Shown here piece by piece: positions 33,428-41,756 of a stretch of DNA of 64,000 nt. Origin of the DNA: Thermoproteota archaeon (GTDB lineage Archaea > Thermoproteota > Methanomethylicia > Methanomethylicales > Methanomethylicaceae). How positions within the stretch are numbered: the stretch's first letter is position 1; every line of letters begins with the position of its first letter. The notes beneath the pieces are model-generated. The model made no database searches. It saw only the letters and a list, made by a program, of their open reading frames with translations, and was not told where the DNA came from. The stretch is from NCBI GenBank assembly GCA_020832905.1, contig JAJHRG010000001.1, forward strand, positions 64,809-128,808, written 5' to 3'. Made by a program: the position numbers and the translations under genes.

Positions 33428-34586
33428 ATTCCTTACTTACACTTATTCTTTCTCTAGTATTTTCTATCCATCCATTTATTGTAATTCTATATGTTCCTGG
33501 TAATAATATTTTGAAAGGTCCTTTGACTATTTTTTCTTCTATTGGAATTTTCATTTTTACAGTATCACCTGGATCTAATTTTGTAATTACTTGTAAGGTA
33601 ATAGGAGCATAATAAAGTATCCACTTATCATTTACTTTCTTTTCAATAATCATTCCATAAGCAGAATTAGGGAATAATATGGTATAATTGCCAATATTAG
33701 AAATTGTTATTTCAATGGTATTACCAGAAACTGAAACATTAAGTAATAGATATTTTTCTCCATTTGTTGTATATTTCATTTTATCAATAATTGGCATTAG
33801 ATTTCTTATTTTTCCAATAATATCTTCATAGTTTTTCATACCCTTTAATTTTTCCTTAATAGGAGCAAGAGTTTCAGTAATGTTTTTTCCACATTCTAGA
33901 CATTTTTTCTCTAAATTGTTAATATAATTATTAATTCTTAACATTGTTCTTTCTTGTGCTTGTAATTTTATCATTTTATTGACTTCATTAATGATTCTAT
34001 TTGCTTCTGCAATTCTTTTTGCTATTTCATCTTGAGGTAAAGAAGTATTTATTTGAGAAAGTAAATCATAAGCTTGTTTTATAAGTTGAGAAGCATTTTC
34101 AATTGTTTCATTAAGAGAAGATAATGTTGAATTTAATAATTCAAGACGAGCTAATGTACAATTAGCAACTAAGAATAAACCAGGAGCATATGGAGTATAT
34201 AAGTCTAAGAGTTCACTATGAATATCACGTAATATTTTTAATACTTCATTAGCTACACTAATACTAAGATTATAGTCTCCATTTTGATAAGCTTTATATG
34301 ATTCATTTAATAATTTTAATGCATTATTGAATATTGAAGAAAGATTTTCTACTTTAGCTTTTATAGATTCATTTGCCATTAAGCTACTATTAGCTTTTAT
34401 ATTATTAAGTAATGTTTCAATTCTATTTTTTGTCATTTCTGTTATACGTAGAAAGTTTTCAGTCTTAATTTTATCATCTTGTATAGTAGCAGTAATTGGT
34501 ACATTATTATAAGCACTTGTAAGAGTAGTAATTGGTATTAATGCTATAATTAATATTATTGGAATTATTAATCCATATAATCTCAT
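33417..34586 (-). CDS. Secreted or membrane-anchored coiled-coil protein of unknown function
   Basis: N-terminal hydrophobic anchor followed by about 250 aa of heptad-rich, N/L/K/E-rich sequence, and a C-terminal beta-rich domain with N-glycosylation-like NxS/T sequons. Confidence 0.5.
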   Translation of the reverse strand: MRLYGLIIPIILIIALIPITTLTSAYNNVPITATIQDDKIKTENFLRITEMTKNRIETLLNNIKANSSLMANESIKAKVENLSSIFNNALKLLNESYKAYQNGDYNLSISVANEVLKILRDIHSELLDLYTPYAPGLFLVANCTLARLELLNSTLSSLNETIENASQLIKQAYDLLSQINTSLPQDEIAKRIAEANRIINEVNKMIKLQAQERTMLRINNYINNLEKKCLECGKNITETLAPIKEKLKGMKNYEDIIGKIRNLMPIIDKMKYTTNGEKYLLLNVSVSGNTIEITISNIGNYTILFPNSAYGMIIEKKVNDKWILYYAPITLQVITKLDPGDTVKMKIPIEEKIVKGPFKILLPGTYRITINGWIENTRERISVSKEFTI

Positions 34587-34741
34587 ATTATCACCAAAAA
34601 TATAGAAAAAATACTTAAAAATAAGGAATATTGTGAAACAAAGTGTTTCATATTGATTGGAATTAACTAAAAAATGATTAGCAGAGAATTAATATCTATA
34701 AGCTTTATGAAATTTAAATAGCATAAAAAGGTTAAGAAATC

Positions 34742-36043
34742 ATGGAAGGACCATATCATATTGGAATTGATGATACTGATTCATTAACATATGGATGTAC
34801 AACTTATGTAGCAGCAAATATAATTGAAGAATTAATAAAAGAAGCAAATTTTATAGACTATCCAAATTTAATTAGGTTAAATCCTAATATTCCATGGAAA
34901 TCAAGAGGAAATGGTGCAATTTGCTTAAGATTTTACTCAAAAAAGAATGAATATGAATTAATGGATTTAGTATTAAAATATGTTGAAGAATATAGAGATA
35001 AATTAGATATAAAAAATCAGCCAGGAATTGTAATTCTTAAAGGTGATGTACCTAATATTATAAAGGAATTTGGAAAAAAAGCACTTAATGATGTAATAAC
35101 ATTAGATGAAACAATATCATTACTTAAGAAGATTAATACAATATATTATGGAATAAAAGAAGGAAGAGGATTAATAGGTGCACTTGCTGCAATAGGTAAT
35201 ACATTAGAAGAAGATCATACATTTGAATTAATAGTTTATAGAAAAAACTATAATAGAAAAAGAGAAGTAGATATAGAAAGTGTTATAAAATTTGATAGAG
35301 AGACTTTTCCTTTTACATTTAATAATATAGATTATGAAAGTGGTAGATTATTAATTACACCTCATGGTACAGATCCTGTACTATTTGGAGTAAGAGGAGA
35401 AGATCCTGAAATTTTAAAAATATCACTTAAAATTATAAAATTTAAAGATGCAGATAAATGGGTAATTTATAGAACAAATCAAGGAACTGATGCTCATTTT
35501 TTTGAATTTAAGAAAATAAAATCTCTAAAGCCATATCAAGTAGCAATTATAAAAGGAATAGTGAGTAAAAAACCAGTCTTTATAGAAGGAGGACATGTTA
35601 TATTTTCTATAGCTGATGATAGTGGAGAAATAGATGTAGCATGTTATGAACCCTCAGGAAATTTGAGAATGATAGTAATGGAATTAATGCCAGGAGATAA
35701 AGTAATAGTATATGGAGGAGTAAGACCATTAAATAATAAAATTACAATAAATTTAGAGAAATTAGAAATATTAGAACTAATTAATGAGCAATATATTAAT
35801 CCTATATGTCCAAAATGTAAAAAGTCTATGAAATCTGAAGGAAAAAATAAAGGATATGAATGTAAAAAATGTAAAATAAAAGTAAAAGAAAAAATGAAAA
35901 TTACAATTGAAAGAAAAATAAAAGAAGGAATATATCTTCCACCTCCAAGATCTATGAGACATTTAACAAAACCACCACAAAGATATGGAATGGAAAAAAG
36001 AAAATGGAATGGAATTGTAGAAGAGTTTTTTGGAAAATTTTAA
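34742..36043 (+). CDS. tiaS: tRNA(Ile2) 2-agmatinylcytidine synthetase
   Basis: The N-terminal HIGIDDTDSLTYGCTTYVAANIIEEL...LIRLNPNIPWKSRGNGAICL closely matches the TiaS kinase-like domain. C-terminal zinc ribbon CPKCKK...CKKCK. Confidence 0.85.
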   Translation: MEGPYHIGIDDTDSLTYGCTTYVAANIIEELIKEANFIDYPNLIRLNPNIPWKSRGNGAICLRFYSKKNEYELMDLVLKYVEEYRDKLDIKNQPGIVILKGDVPNIIKEFGKKALNDVITLDETISLLKKINTIYYGIKEGRGLIGALAAIGNTLEEDHTFELIVYRKNYNRKREVDIESVIKFDRETFPFTFNNIDYESGRLLITPHGTDPVLFGVRGEDPEILKISLKIIKFKDADKWVIYRTNQGTDAHFFEFKKIKSLKPYQVAIIKGIVSKKPVFIEGGHVIFSIADDSGEIDVACYEPSGNLRMIVMELMPGDKVIVYGGVRPLNNKITINLEKLEILELINEQYINPICPKCKKSMKSEGKNKGYECKKCKIKVKEKMKITIERKIKEGIYLPPPRSMRHLTKPPQRYGMEKRKWNGIVEEFFGKF

Positions 36044-36321
36044 ATAAAGATTTTTTTCAAATCTTCTGGATTTATATTCAATGGTGGAATGATTATATCT
36101 ACTTCTTTTAGTACTTCAGCTGGTCTTCCATTTTTCTTAATAAATTCATGAAGTTCTCTTAATGATATTAAAAATTCCTCAAATTTATTTTCCTTTAGCA
36201 TATTAAATAACTTTCTTCCTTCTTCTATTATGAAATCTTTATATTTAATATCTAATATAAATTTACCATTACCAGTTAGTAGTATAGTAATCTCAGAAAC
36301 ATTATCTAAGAAATTTTTCAT
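36040..36321 (-). CDS. Small hypothetical protein (93 aa)
   Basis: The ORF only; no recognisable motif. Confidence 0.3.
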   Translation of the reverse strand: MKNFLDNVSEITILLTGNGKFILDIKYKDFIIEEGRKLFNMLKENKFEEFLISLRELHEFIKKNGRPAEVLKEVDIIIPPLNINPEDLKKIFI

Positions 36322-36438
36322 AACTAAAATTAAAAAAATAAGAAATATTTCTTTTTATAGAAAAACTTATAAATTAGTCAAAATGGTTAAACATTTATAA
36401 GAGAGAATAGATTTCTTCTTCTATTGAGATAGAAGTAT

Positions 36439-36530
36439 AGCGGGGTGGGGTAGCCAGGTTATCCCGCGGGGCTCATATGTCCCGCTGGGAAACCCCGAGA
36501 TCGGTGGTTCAAATCCACCCCCCGCTACCA
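36439..36530 (+). tRNA. Initiator tRNA-Met (CAU) with a short intron of about 13 nt at 37/38; CCA is encoded
   Basis: AGCGGGG-UG-GGGU-AGCCAGGUUA-UCCC-GCGGGG-CUCAUA[UGUCCCGCUGGGA]A-CCCCGAG-AUC-GGUGG-UUCAAAU-CCACC-CCCCGCU-A-CCA. The A1:U72 pair and the three G:C pairs in the anticodon stem are archaeal initiator hallmarks. Confidence 0.75.
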
Positions 36531-36535
36531 ATTTA

Positions 36536-36832
36536 TTAAATTTTATTAACTAATTCATTAAAATCTCTAGCTAATTGTTTTAATTGTTCTTTTGTCCATG
36601 TTCTTCTTACTTCAACTAAATGCCTTATGATTTCAGCCATAATAATATCATTAGGATAGCCTTTTTTATGTATAAAATAACGATATAGTGTTGGTCTTGA
36701 TATTTTAGTAACTTTTGAAAGCCTATATATAGAACCATAAACTTCTAATAATTTTTCTAAGAATTTTATTCTATATTCATTTGGAATATATTGAGCAATT
36801 AAATAAAATATTGTTAATTTTTCATTATTCAT
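36536..36832 (-). CDS. Small HTH DNA-binding protein (98 aa)
   Basis: Central TKISRPTLYRYF-type helix-turn-helix. Confidence 0.5.
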   Translation of the reverse strand: MNNEKLTIFYLIAQYIPNEYRIKFLEKLLEVYGSIYRLSKVTKISRPTLYRYFIHKKGYPNDIIMAEIIRHLVEVRRTWTKEQLKQLARDFNELVNKI

Positions 36833-36850
36833 ATTTTTCTTTTAGTCTCT

Positions 36851-37043
36851 GACCCCTTTATTTCTATTGGATTGATTTCTAATAAAAAAGAAAGAAGTAT
36901 TCATTTGAGTAATTACTCTATACTTCTAGAGTAAAAGGTATTTATACTTCTAAAAACTAAGTAACAATTACACCATTTTTTATTTTAAAAAACAAAAAAC
37001 TAAATTATAAAAAATTCATTTTTCCAATAGAAATAAAGGGGTC
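36851..37043. repeat. Pair of perfect 21-bp inverted repeats (GACCCCTTTATTTCTATTGGA ... TCCAATAGAAATAAAGGGGTC) enclosing 151 bp of AT-rich DNA
   Basis: Exact reverse complements at 36851-36871 and 37023-37043. Confidence 0.85.
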
Positions 37044-37053
37044 CATGGGTCAA

Positions 37054-37079
37054 TTTATGTAAAATATATTTTACATAAA
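37054..37079. promoter_or_regulatory. 26-bp perfect palindrome TTTATGTAAAATATATTTTACATAAA. It is the first of five or more TGTAAA-type motif copies in this intergenic region; others are at 37137, 37535, 37566 and 37651.
   Basis: Self-complementary sequence. The motif ATGTAAA(T/A) recurs upstream of the 37712 gene. Confidence 0.6.
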
Positions 37080-37711
37080 CTAATTAGCTAGAAAATAAGT
37101 CATAAAACATTACTAACTTATTTTTCCCAAAATATAATGTAAAGATATTTTTACATAATTTCTTCTCTTTTCTCTTTCAAATAGTTCATAACTAACAATA
37201 CTATTTAAAAAGTACAAAACTTATCATGAATTCTAATATTTAAATTTTTCTTTTTTAGATTACTTTATTATAATAAGACTAAGAAGTCTGTTGTGTATTC
37301 GAGATCATTAAGTTCTTTATTTTCTGTTAGAAATATGCAGCATTCTTTTCCTCTGAAAACAGAAAGCAATAAGATAATAGTCTACTTTTCAATAAATCAA
37401 CATAAAAATAATAATAAGACAAATATTTATTGTGACTTTATATTTAACTCACAGTTCACAATTTTTATTCTTCTATTTCTATTAAAGTCTCAACTCACCC
37501 CTTCACTTCCACTGGAGAGAGAAAAGGAGGAAATTTTTATGTAAATTATGATTAAAAAACAGAAATTTTATGTAAATTATTTGCAAAAAAGTCGAAATCT
37601 AGCTTTTCTGATAATAATTTTCATAAATTTTTTAATCAGTTTTTACTTAAATGTAAATTGCAATATCTTCTTATATCTCACTTTGTAAACTACTAATTAG
37701 ATGAGTGAAAT

Positions 37712-38125
37712 ATGCGTAAACTAAAGATAGAATTTAGTAATAAAAATGGTAATAAAATTACAATAATTTGTAATGGTAATTTACCAAAGGAACAAATATT
37801 AAAATTAATTGAACTCTTTGAAAATAGTAGTGAAACTAAATCACAATTCACAAGAACTACTTTACGAGAAAGAATTTTAGATCTTATACTTAATGAATTT
37901 AATAATATTTGGTTTACAAGTAAAGATATTATTGATGCATATATCAAGAAGTATAATGAGTCTATTAAGCCTAGTACTATTTCAACATATCTTTCAAGAC
38001 TATATGATAATGGCTACTTAGAAAGAATTAGAGATAAAAAACACTGGAAGTATAAATTAATATCAAAGACTTCAACAAAAAATATAGAAAGTTATACAGA
38101 AAAGTTATGTGATGAAGATATTTAA
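37712..38125 (+). CDS. Hypothetical protein with a probable C-terminal winged-helix domain
   Basis: STISTYLSRLYDNGYLERIRDKKHWKYKL resembles the recognition helix and wing of PadR/MarR-like wHTH proteins. Confidence 0.4.
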   Translation: MRKLKIEFSNKNGNKITIICNGNLPKEQILKLIELFENSSETKSQFTRTTLRERILDLILNEFNNIWFTSKDIIDAYIKKYNESIKPSTISTYLSRLYDNGYLERIRDKKHWKYKLISKTSTKNIESYTEKLCDEDI

Positions 38126-38620
38126 CTATTTTCCTAAAATCATTTTCTTTACTTCATCAGGAACTGAATAAGTATATGGCCATGTACTTTCATCACGAAT
38201 TATTAATTTTCTTTCAGCTAATTTCTTTAGTAATCTTGCAACATGTTCTCTAGCTTTTCCTATACTTTGTGCAATTGGTGTAGCACTTCTTGTGCCAGGA
38301 TGTTCTATAAGATATTTTATTATAGCAATTTCAGTTGGATTTAAATCTTCTTTTTGATATTTTTGTTGTGTAACTTCTTTACTAATTTTCTTTTTCTCAA
38401 TATATTTTTCAGTTTTTTTACTTTCTATTTGCTCTTCTTTTTCATAAATTATTTCTTTTATTCTATCATTTATTCTTTGAATATCTAATCTTAATTTACT
38501 TATATCTGAATCAATAAAAGTGATATATTCTTCTATACGTCTTAATCTTTCAATAATATCACGTTTAATAAATGCTATTTCCATACGAAGTTCTTCTAGT
38601 ATTTCTTTTTCACTTAACAT
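38126..38620 (-). CDS. Winged-helix transcriptional regulator with an N-terminal coiled coil
   Basis: TEIAIIKYLIEHPGTRSATPIAQSIGKAREHVARLLKKLAERKLI is a wHTH of TrmB/MarR type. Confidence 0.55.
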   Translation of the reverse strand: MLSEKEILEELRMEIAFIKRDIIERLRRIEEYITFIDSDISKLRLDIQRINDRIKEIIYEKEEQIESKKTEKYIEKKKISKEVTQQKYQKEDLNPTEIAIIKYLIEHPGTRSATPIAQSIGKAREHVARLLKKLAERKLIIRDESTWPYTYSVPDEVKKMILGK

Positions 38621-38682
38621 TTATCATCAAATTAATAATACTTTTCTGTAATTTTTAAGTTTTTGGTTGTGACTAAATCACA

Positions 38683-39255
38683 TTATTTTATAAATTGTTT
38701 TGCAATTAAATCTATTTTAGTAATTATTCCTACAATTTTTCCATTTTCTTCTACTAATACTGCTGGTTTTCCAGATAATAGAATTTTTCCAACTTCTTCT
38801 ATACTAGTTTCAGCATTTATAACTGGAAATGGTTCTTCTCTTAAATCATATACTTTTTTATTTAACAAATTTTCTATTTTTTCATCTTTTATTTTGCTCA
38901 ATATACTTTCTTCTCTAATACTACCAATAAGTTTTTTATTTTGAAAAATTGGAAGCTGAGATATTCCATACTTCCACATTAGTTCTATTGCTTTTTCAAC
39001 AGTATCATTTGCATCTAATGATATAACTGGGCTACTCATTATGTGACGAGCTAAAAATTTCTTCTCACCAAGAACTTCATTTATTACATTTATTATTTTT
39101 CTTAATGTAGAAAGTCTTGGATCAACTGTTCCTCTTTCTATTCTTGCAATTAATGATTGACTTATACCTGCTCTTTTTGCTAATTCTTTTTGTGTTAATC
39201 CTGCTTTTTTTCTTAATCTTCTCAATTCTTGTGGTGTAATTAAGTTTACTACCAT
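38683..39255 (-). CDS. XRE-family HTH regulator fused to a CBS-domain pair
   Basis: LTQKELAKRAGISQSLIARIERG (HTH_XRE), followed by two CBS motifs. Confidence 0.8.
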   Translation of the reverse strand: MVVNLITPQELRRLRKKAGLTQKELAKRAGISQSLIARIERGTVDPRLSTLRKIINVINEVLGEKKFLARHIMSSPVISLDANDTVEKAIELMWKYGISQLPIFQNKKLIGSIREESILSKIKDEKIENLLNKKVYDLREEPFPVINAETSIEEVGKILLSGKPAVLVEENGKIVGIITKIDLIAKQFIK

Positions 39256-39307
39256 TATCTCTAAAATTAAATACTTAGTAAGAAATTAAAAAGTTATAGG
39301 TGAACAA

Positions 39308-41617
39308 ATGCAGAAAAGAGCAAAGATTTACGTACATGGCATGGTTCAAGGAGTTGGTTTTAGACCTTTTGTATATAATCTTGCACATATATATCAGCTT
39401 AAAGGTCAGGTTTCTAATTTAGGTGATGCTAGTGTTGAAATAATTGTAGAAGGAGAATATGAAAAAATAAAATTCTTTATAAATGATTTAGTAAGTAAGA
39501 AACCAAAAATTGCTAGAATTGATAGTATTGATGTAATTTGGGAAGAACCAACTAATGAATTTAAAGATTTTAAAATAGCAAAAAGTAATATTAAGAAAAT
39601 AAGTTTAAGCTCTGTGATCCCAGTAGATATTGGTATATGTGATTTATGTATCACAGATATTTTTAGTAATACTAGATGGCATTACTATCCATTTACATGT
39701 TGTTCACACTGTGGACCAAGATTCACAATTTTATATTCCTTACCATACGATAGAGAAAATACTTCTATGGTAGATTTTCCTTTTTGTTCTTATTGTAAAT
39801 CAGAATATGAAAATCCTAATGATAGAAGATATGATGCACAAGGAACTACATGTCCAATATGTGGTCCAAAAATGTTTCTCTTAGATAATAATGGAAATAT
39901 TATTGATGATGAAGATCCTATAAGAATAGCAGCTTCTTTACTAAAAGAAGGTAAAATAATTGCAGTTAAAGGAATTGGAGGTTTTCATATAGCTGTTGAT
40001 GCAACAAATGAAGATTCTGTATTAGAACTTAGAAAAAGAAGAAGAAGACCAAATCAACCATTTGCAGTAATGTCAAAATCAATAAATGAAGTAAAAAAAT
40101 TTGCTATTGTTTCAAAGGAAGAAGAAGATTTACTTAAATCTCCATATAAGCCTATTGTTATTCTTAAAAAATCACCTTCATATAATTTAGCTGAATCAGT
40201 TTCTCCTGGCTTAGATACAGTAGGGGTTATGTTGCCATATACTGGTATACATCTTTTATTACTAGAATTTTTTGGAAAAGAAGCTTTAGTAATGACAAGT
40301 GGGAATTATCCAGGAAGACCTATTGTAATTGATAATGATCAAGCAATTTCAGAACTTAAAGAAATTGTTGATTTCTTTCTTGTACATAATAGAAAAATAG
40401 TAAATAGATGTGATGACTCTGTTATAAAATTTGTAGAAAATACTCCTACTTTTCTTAGAAGGTCAAGAGGTTATACTCCTACATATTTAACAATTCCATG
40501 GACAAATAATGAAAATATTATTTCTGTTGGAGGAGAATTTAATGTAACTGGATCTATTGCAATAAAAAATCGCATTATTACTACACAACATATCGGGGAT
40601 GTAAGTGATCTAGATACTCTTAATTATTTAATTAGTGCATTAAATTTTTTAATTAAGGTATATGATATTAAGTTTTTTTCAAAAATAGCTCATGATTTAA
40701 ATCCTAATTTCTATACTACAAGATATGCAAAAGAACTTTCAGAACACATATCAGCAAAAACTATTCAAGTTCAACATCATCATGCTCATATGACCTCATT
40801 AATGATTGAACATGGTTTATCTCAAGATACTGAAATTATATGTATTACTATTGATGGATTTGGTTATGGAGCTGATGGAATGGCATGGGGTGGAGAAATT
40901 CTATTTGGAGGATATTCTAAGTTTAATAGAGTAGCTCAACTTCGTTATCAGCCAATGCCAGGAGGAGATTTATGTGCTTATTATCCTGCAAGATTTCTTG
41001 CAGCTATTCTTTCAACAATAATGGAAGACTCAGAAATTTTTAATTTATTTGAAAAAAAGTATATTAAATATTTAAGATATGGTGAAGATGAATTAAACAT
41101 AGTATTAAAACAATCAAAAAAGCCAGGAATAATTCACTCCTCTAGTATTGGAAGACTTTTAGATGCAATTGCTGTATTACTAGAAGTGGGACATTATAGA
41201 AGTTATGAAGGAGAATTGCCAATGAAATTAGAAGCACTTGCTAATCATGGAAAACCAATTAATATTAATTTAAATTTACCAGTAAAAAAGCAAAATAATA
41301 CTTATATTATAGATACTTCAGAATTTATATTATCTATTATTGAAAATATGAAATATTATTCAAAAGCTGATTTAGCATATGAAATTCATAAAACTTTAGG
41401 ATTAACATTTGGTAAATTAGCATGTGAAATAAGTGATGAAGTAGGTTGTAATATTATTGGTGTTTCTGGTGGTGCTGCTGTTAATAGTTTATTAATTAAG
41501 TATATGAAAAGTGAAATAACTAAAAATAAGAAGAAGTTTTTGCAACACATAATTCTTCCACCTGGTGATGGAGGTATTTCTATAGGTCAAATTGCTGTTG
41601 CATTAAACTGTGAGTAA
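39308..41617 (+). CDS. hypF: [NiFe]-hydrogenase maturation carbamoyltransferase HypF
   Basis: Acylphosphatase domain (VHGMVQGVGFRPFVY). Two Zn-finger CxxC pairs. YrdC-like (KGIGGFHIAVDATN). C-terminal Kae1/carbamoyltransferase domain. 769 aa. Confidence 0.9.
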   Translation: MQKRAKIYVHGMVQGVGFRPFVYNLAHIYQLKGQVSNLGDASVEIIVEGEYEKIKFFINDLVSKKPKIARIDSIDVIWEEPTNEFKDFKIAKSNIKKISLSSVIPVDIGICDLCITDIFSNTRWHYYPFTCCSHCGPRFTILYSLPYDRENTSMVDFPFCSYCKSEYENPNDRRYDAQGTTCPICGPKMFLLDNNGNIIDDEDPIRIAASLLKEGKIIAVKGIGGFHIAVDATNEDSVLELRKRRRRPNQPFAVMSKSINEVKKFAIVSKEEEDLLKSPYKPIVILKKSPSYNLAESVSPGLDTVGVMLPYTGIHLLLLEFFGKEALVMTSGNYPGRPIVIDNDQAISELKEIVDFFLVHNRKIVNRCDDSVIKFVENTPTFLRRSRGYTPTYLTIPWTNNENIISVGGEFNVTGSIAIKNRIITTQHIGDVSDLDTLNYLISALNFLIKVYDIKFFSKIAHDLNPNFYTTRYAKELSEHISAKTIQVQHHHAHMTSLMIEHGLSQDTEIICITIDGFGYGADGMAWGGEILFGGYSKFNRVAQLRYQPMPGGDLCAYYPARFLAAILSTIMEDSEIFNLFEKKYIKYLRYGEDELNIVLKQSKKPGIIHSSSIGRLLDAIAVLLEVGHYRSYEGELPMKLEALANHGKPININLNLPVKKQNNTYIIDTSEFILSIIENMKYYSKADLAYEIHKTLGLTFGKLACEISDEVGCNIIGVSGGAAVNSLLIKYMKSEITKNKKKFLQHIILPPGDGGISIGQIAVALNCE

Positions 41618-41756
41618 TTTATATTTTATTATTGTTCCTCTAGTAATTTCTATATGATGTATATTATTTAGTAAAAATATAGAGAAGTATTTAATTAAAA
41701 AACATTAGCTTATGGTGATTCTCTCTACTTTCTTTTTTGTGATTTTTATCATCTTA

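Noticed and set aside
37533-37582. Two 16-bp direct repeats with a 30-bp spacing. These were considered as a minimal CRISPR array.
   Set aside because: There are only two copies. The repeats are AT-only, have no palindromic CRISPR-like core, and there are no cas genes. They are more likely operator or promoter repeats.
36833-39255. Integrated provirus or plasmid remnant next to tRNA-iMet
   Set aside because: No integrase, no replication or structural genes, and no detectable att direct repeat of the tRNA 3' end in the window. Kept only as a hypothesis in the findings.
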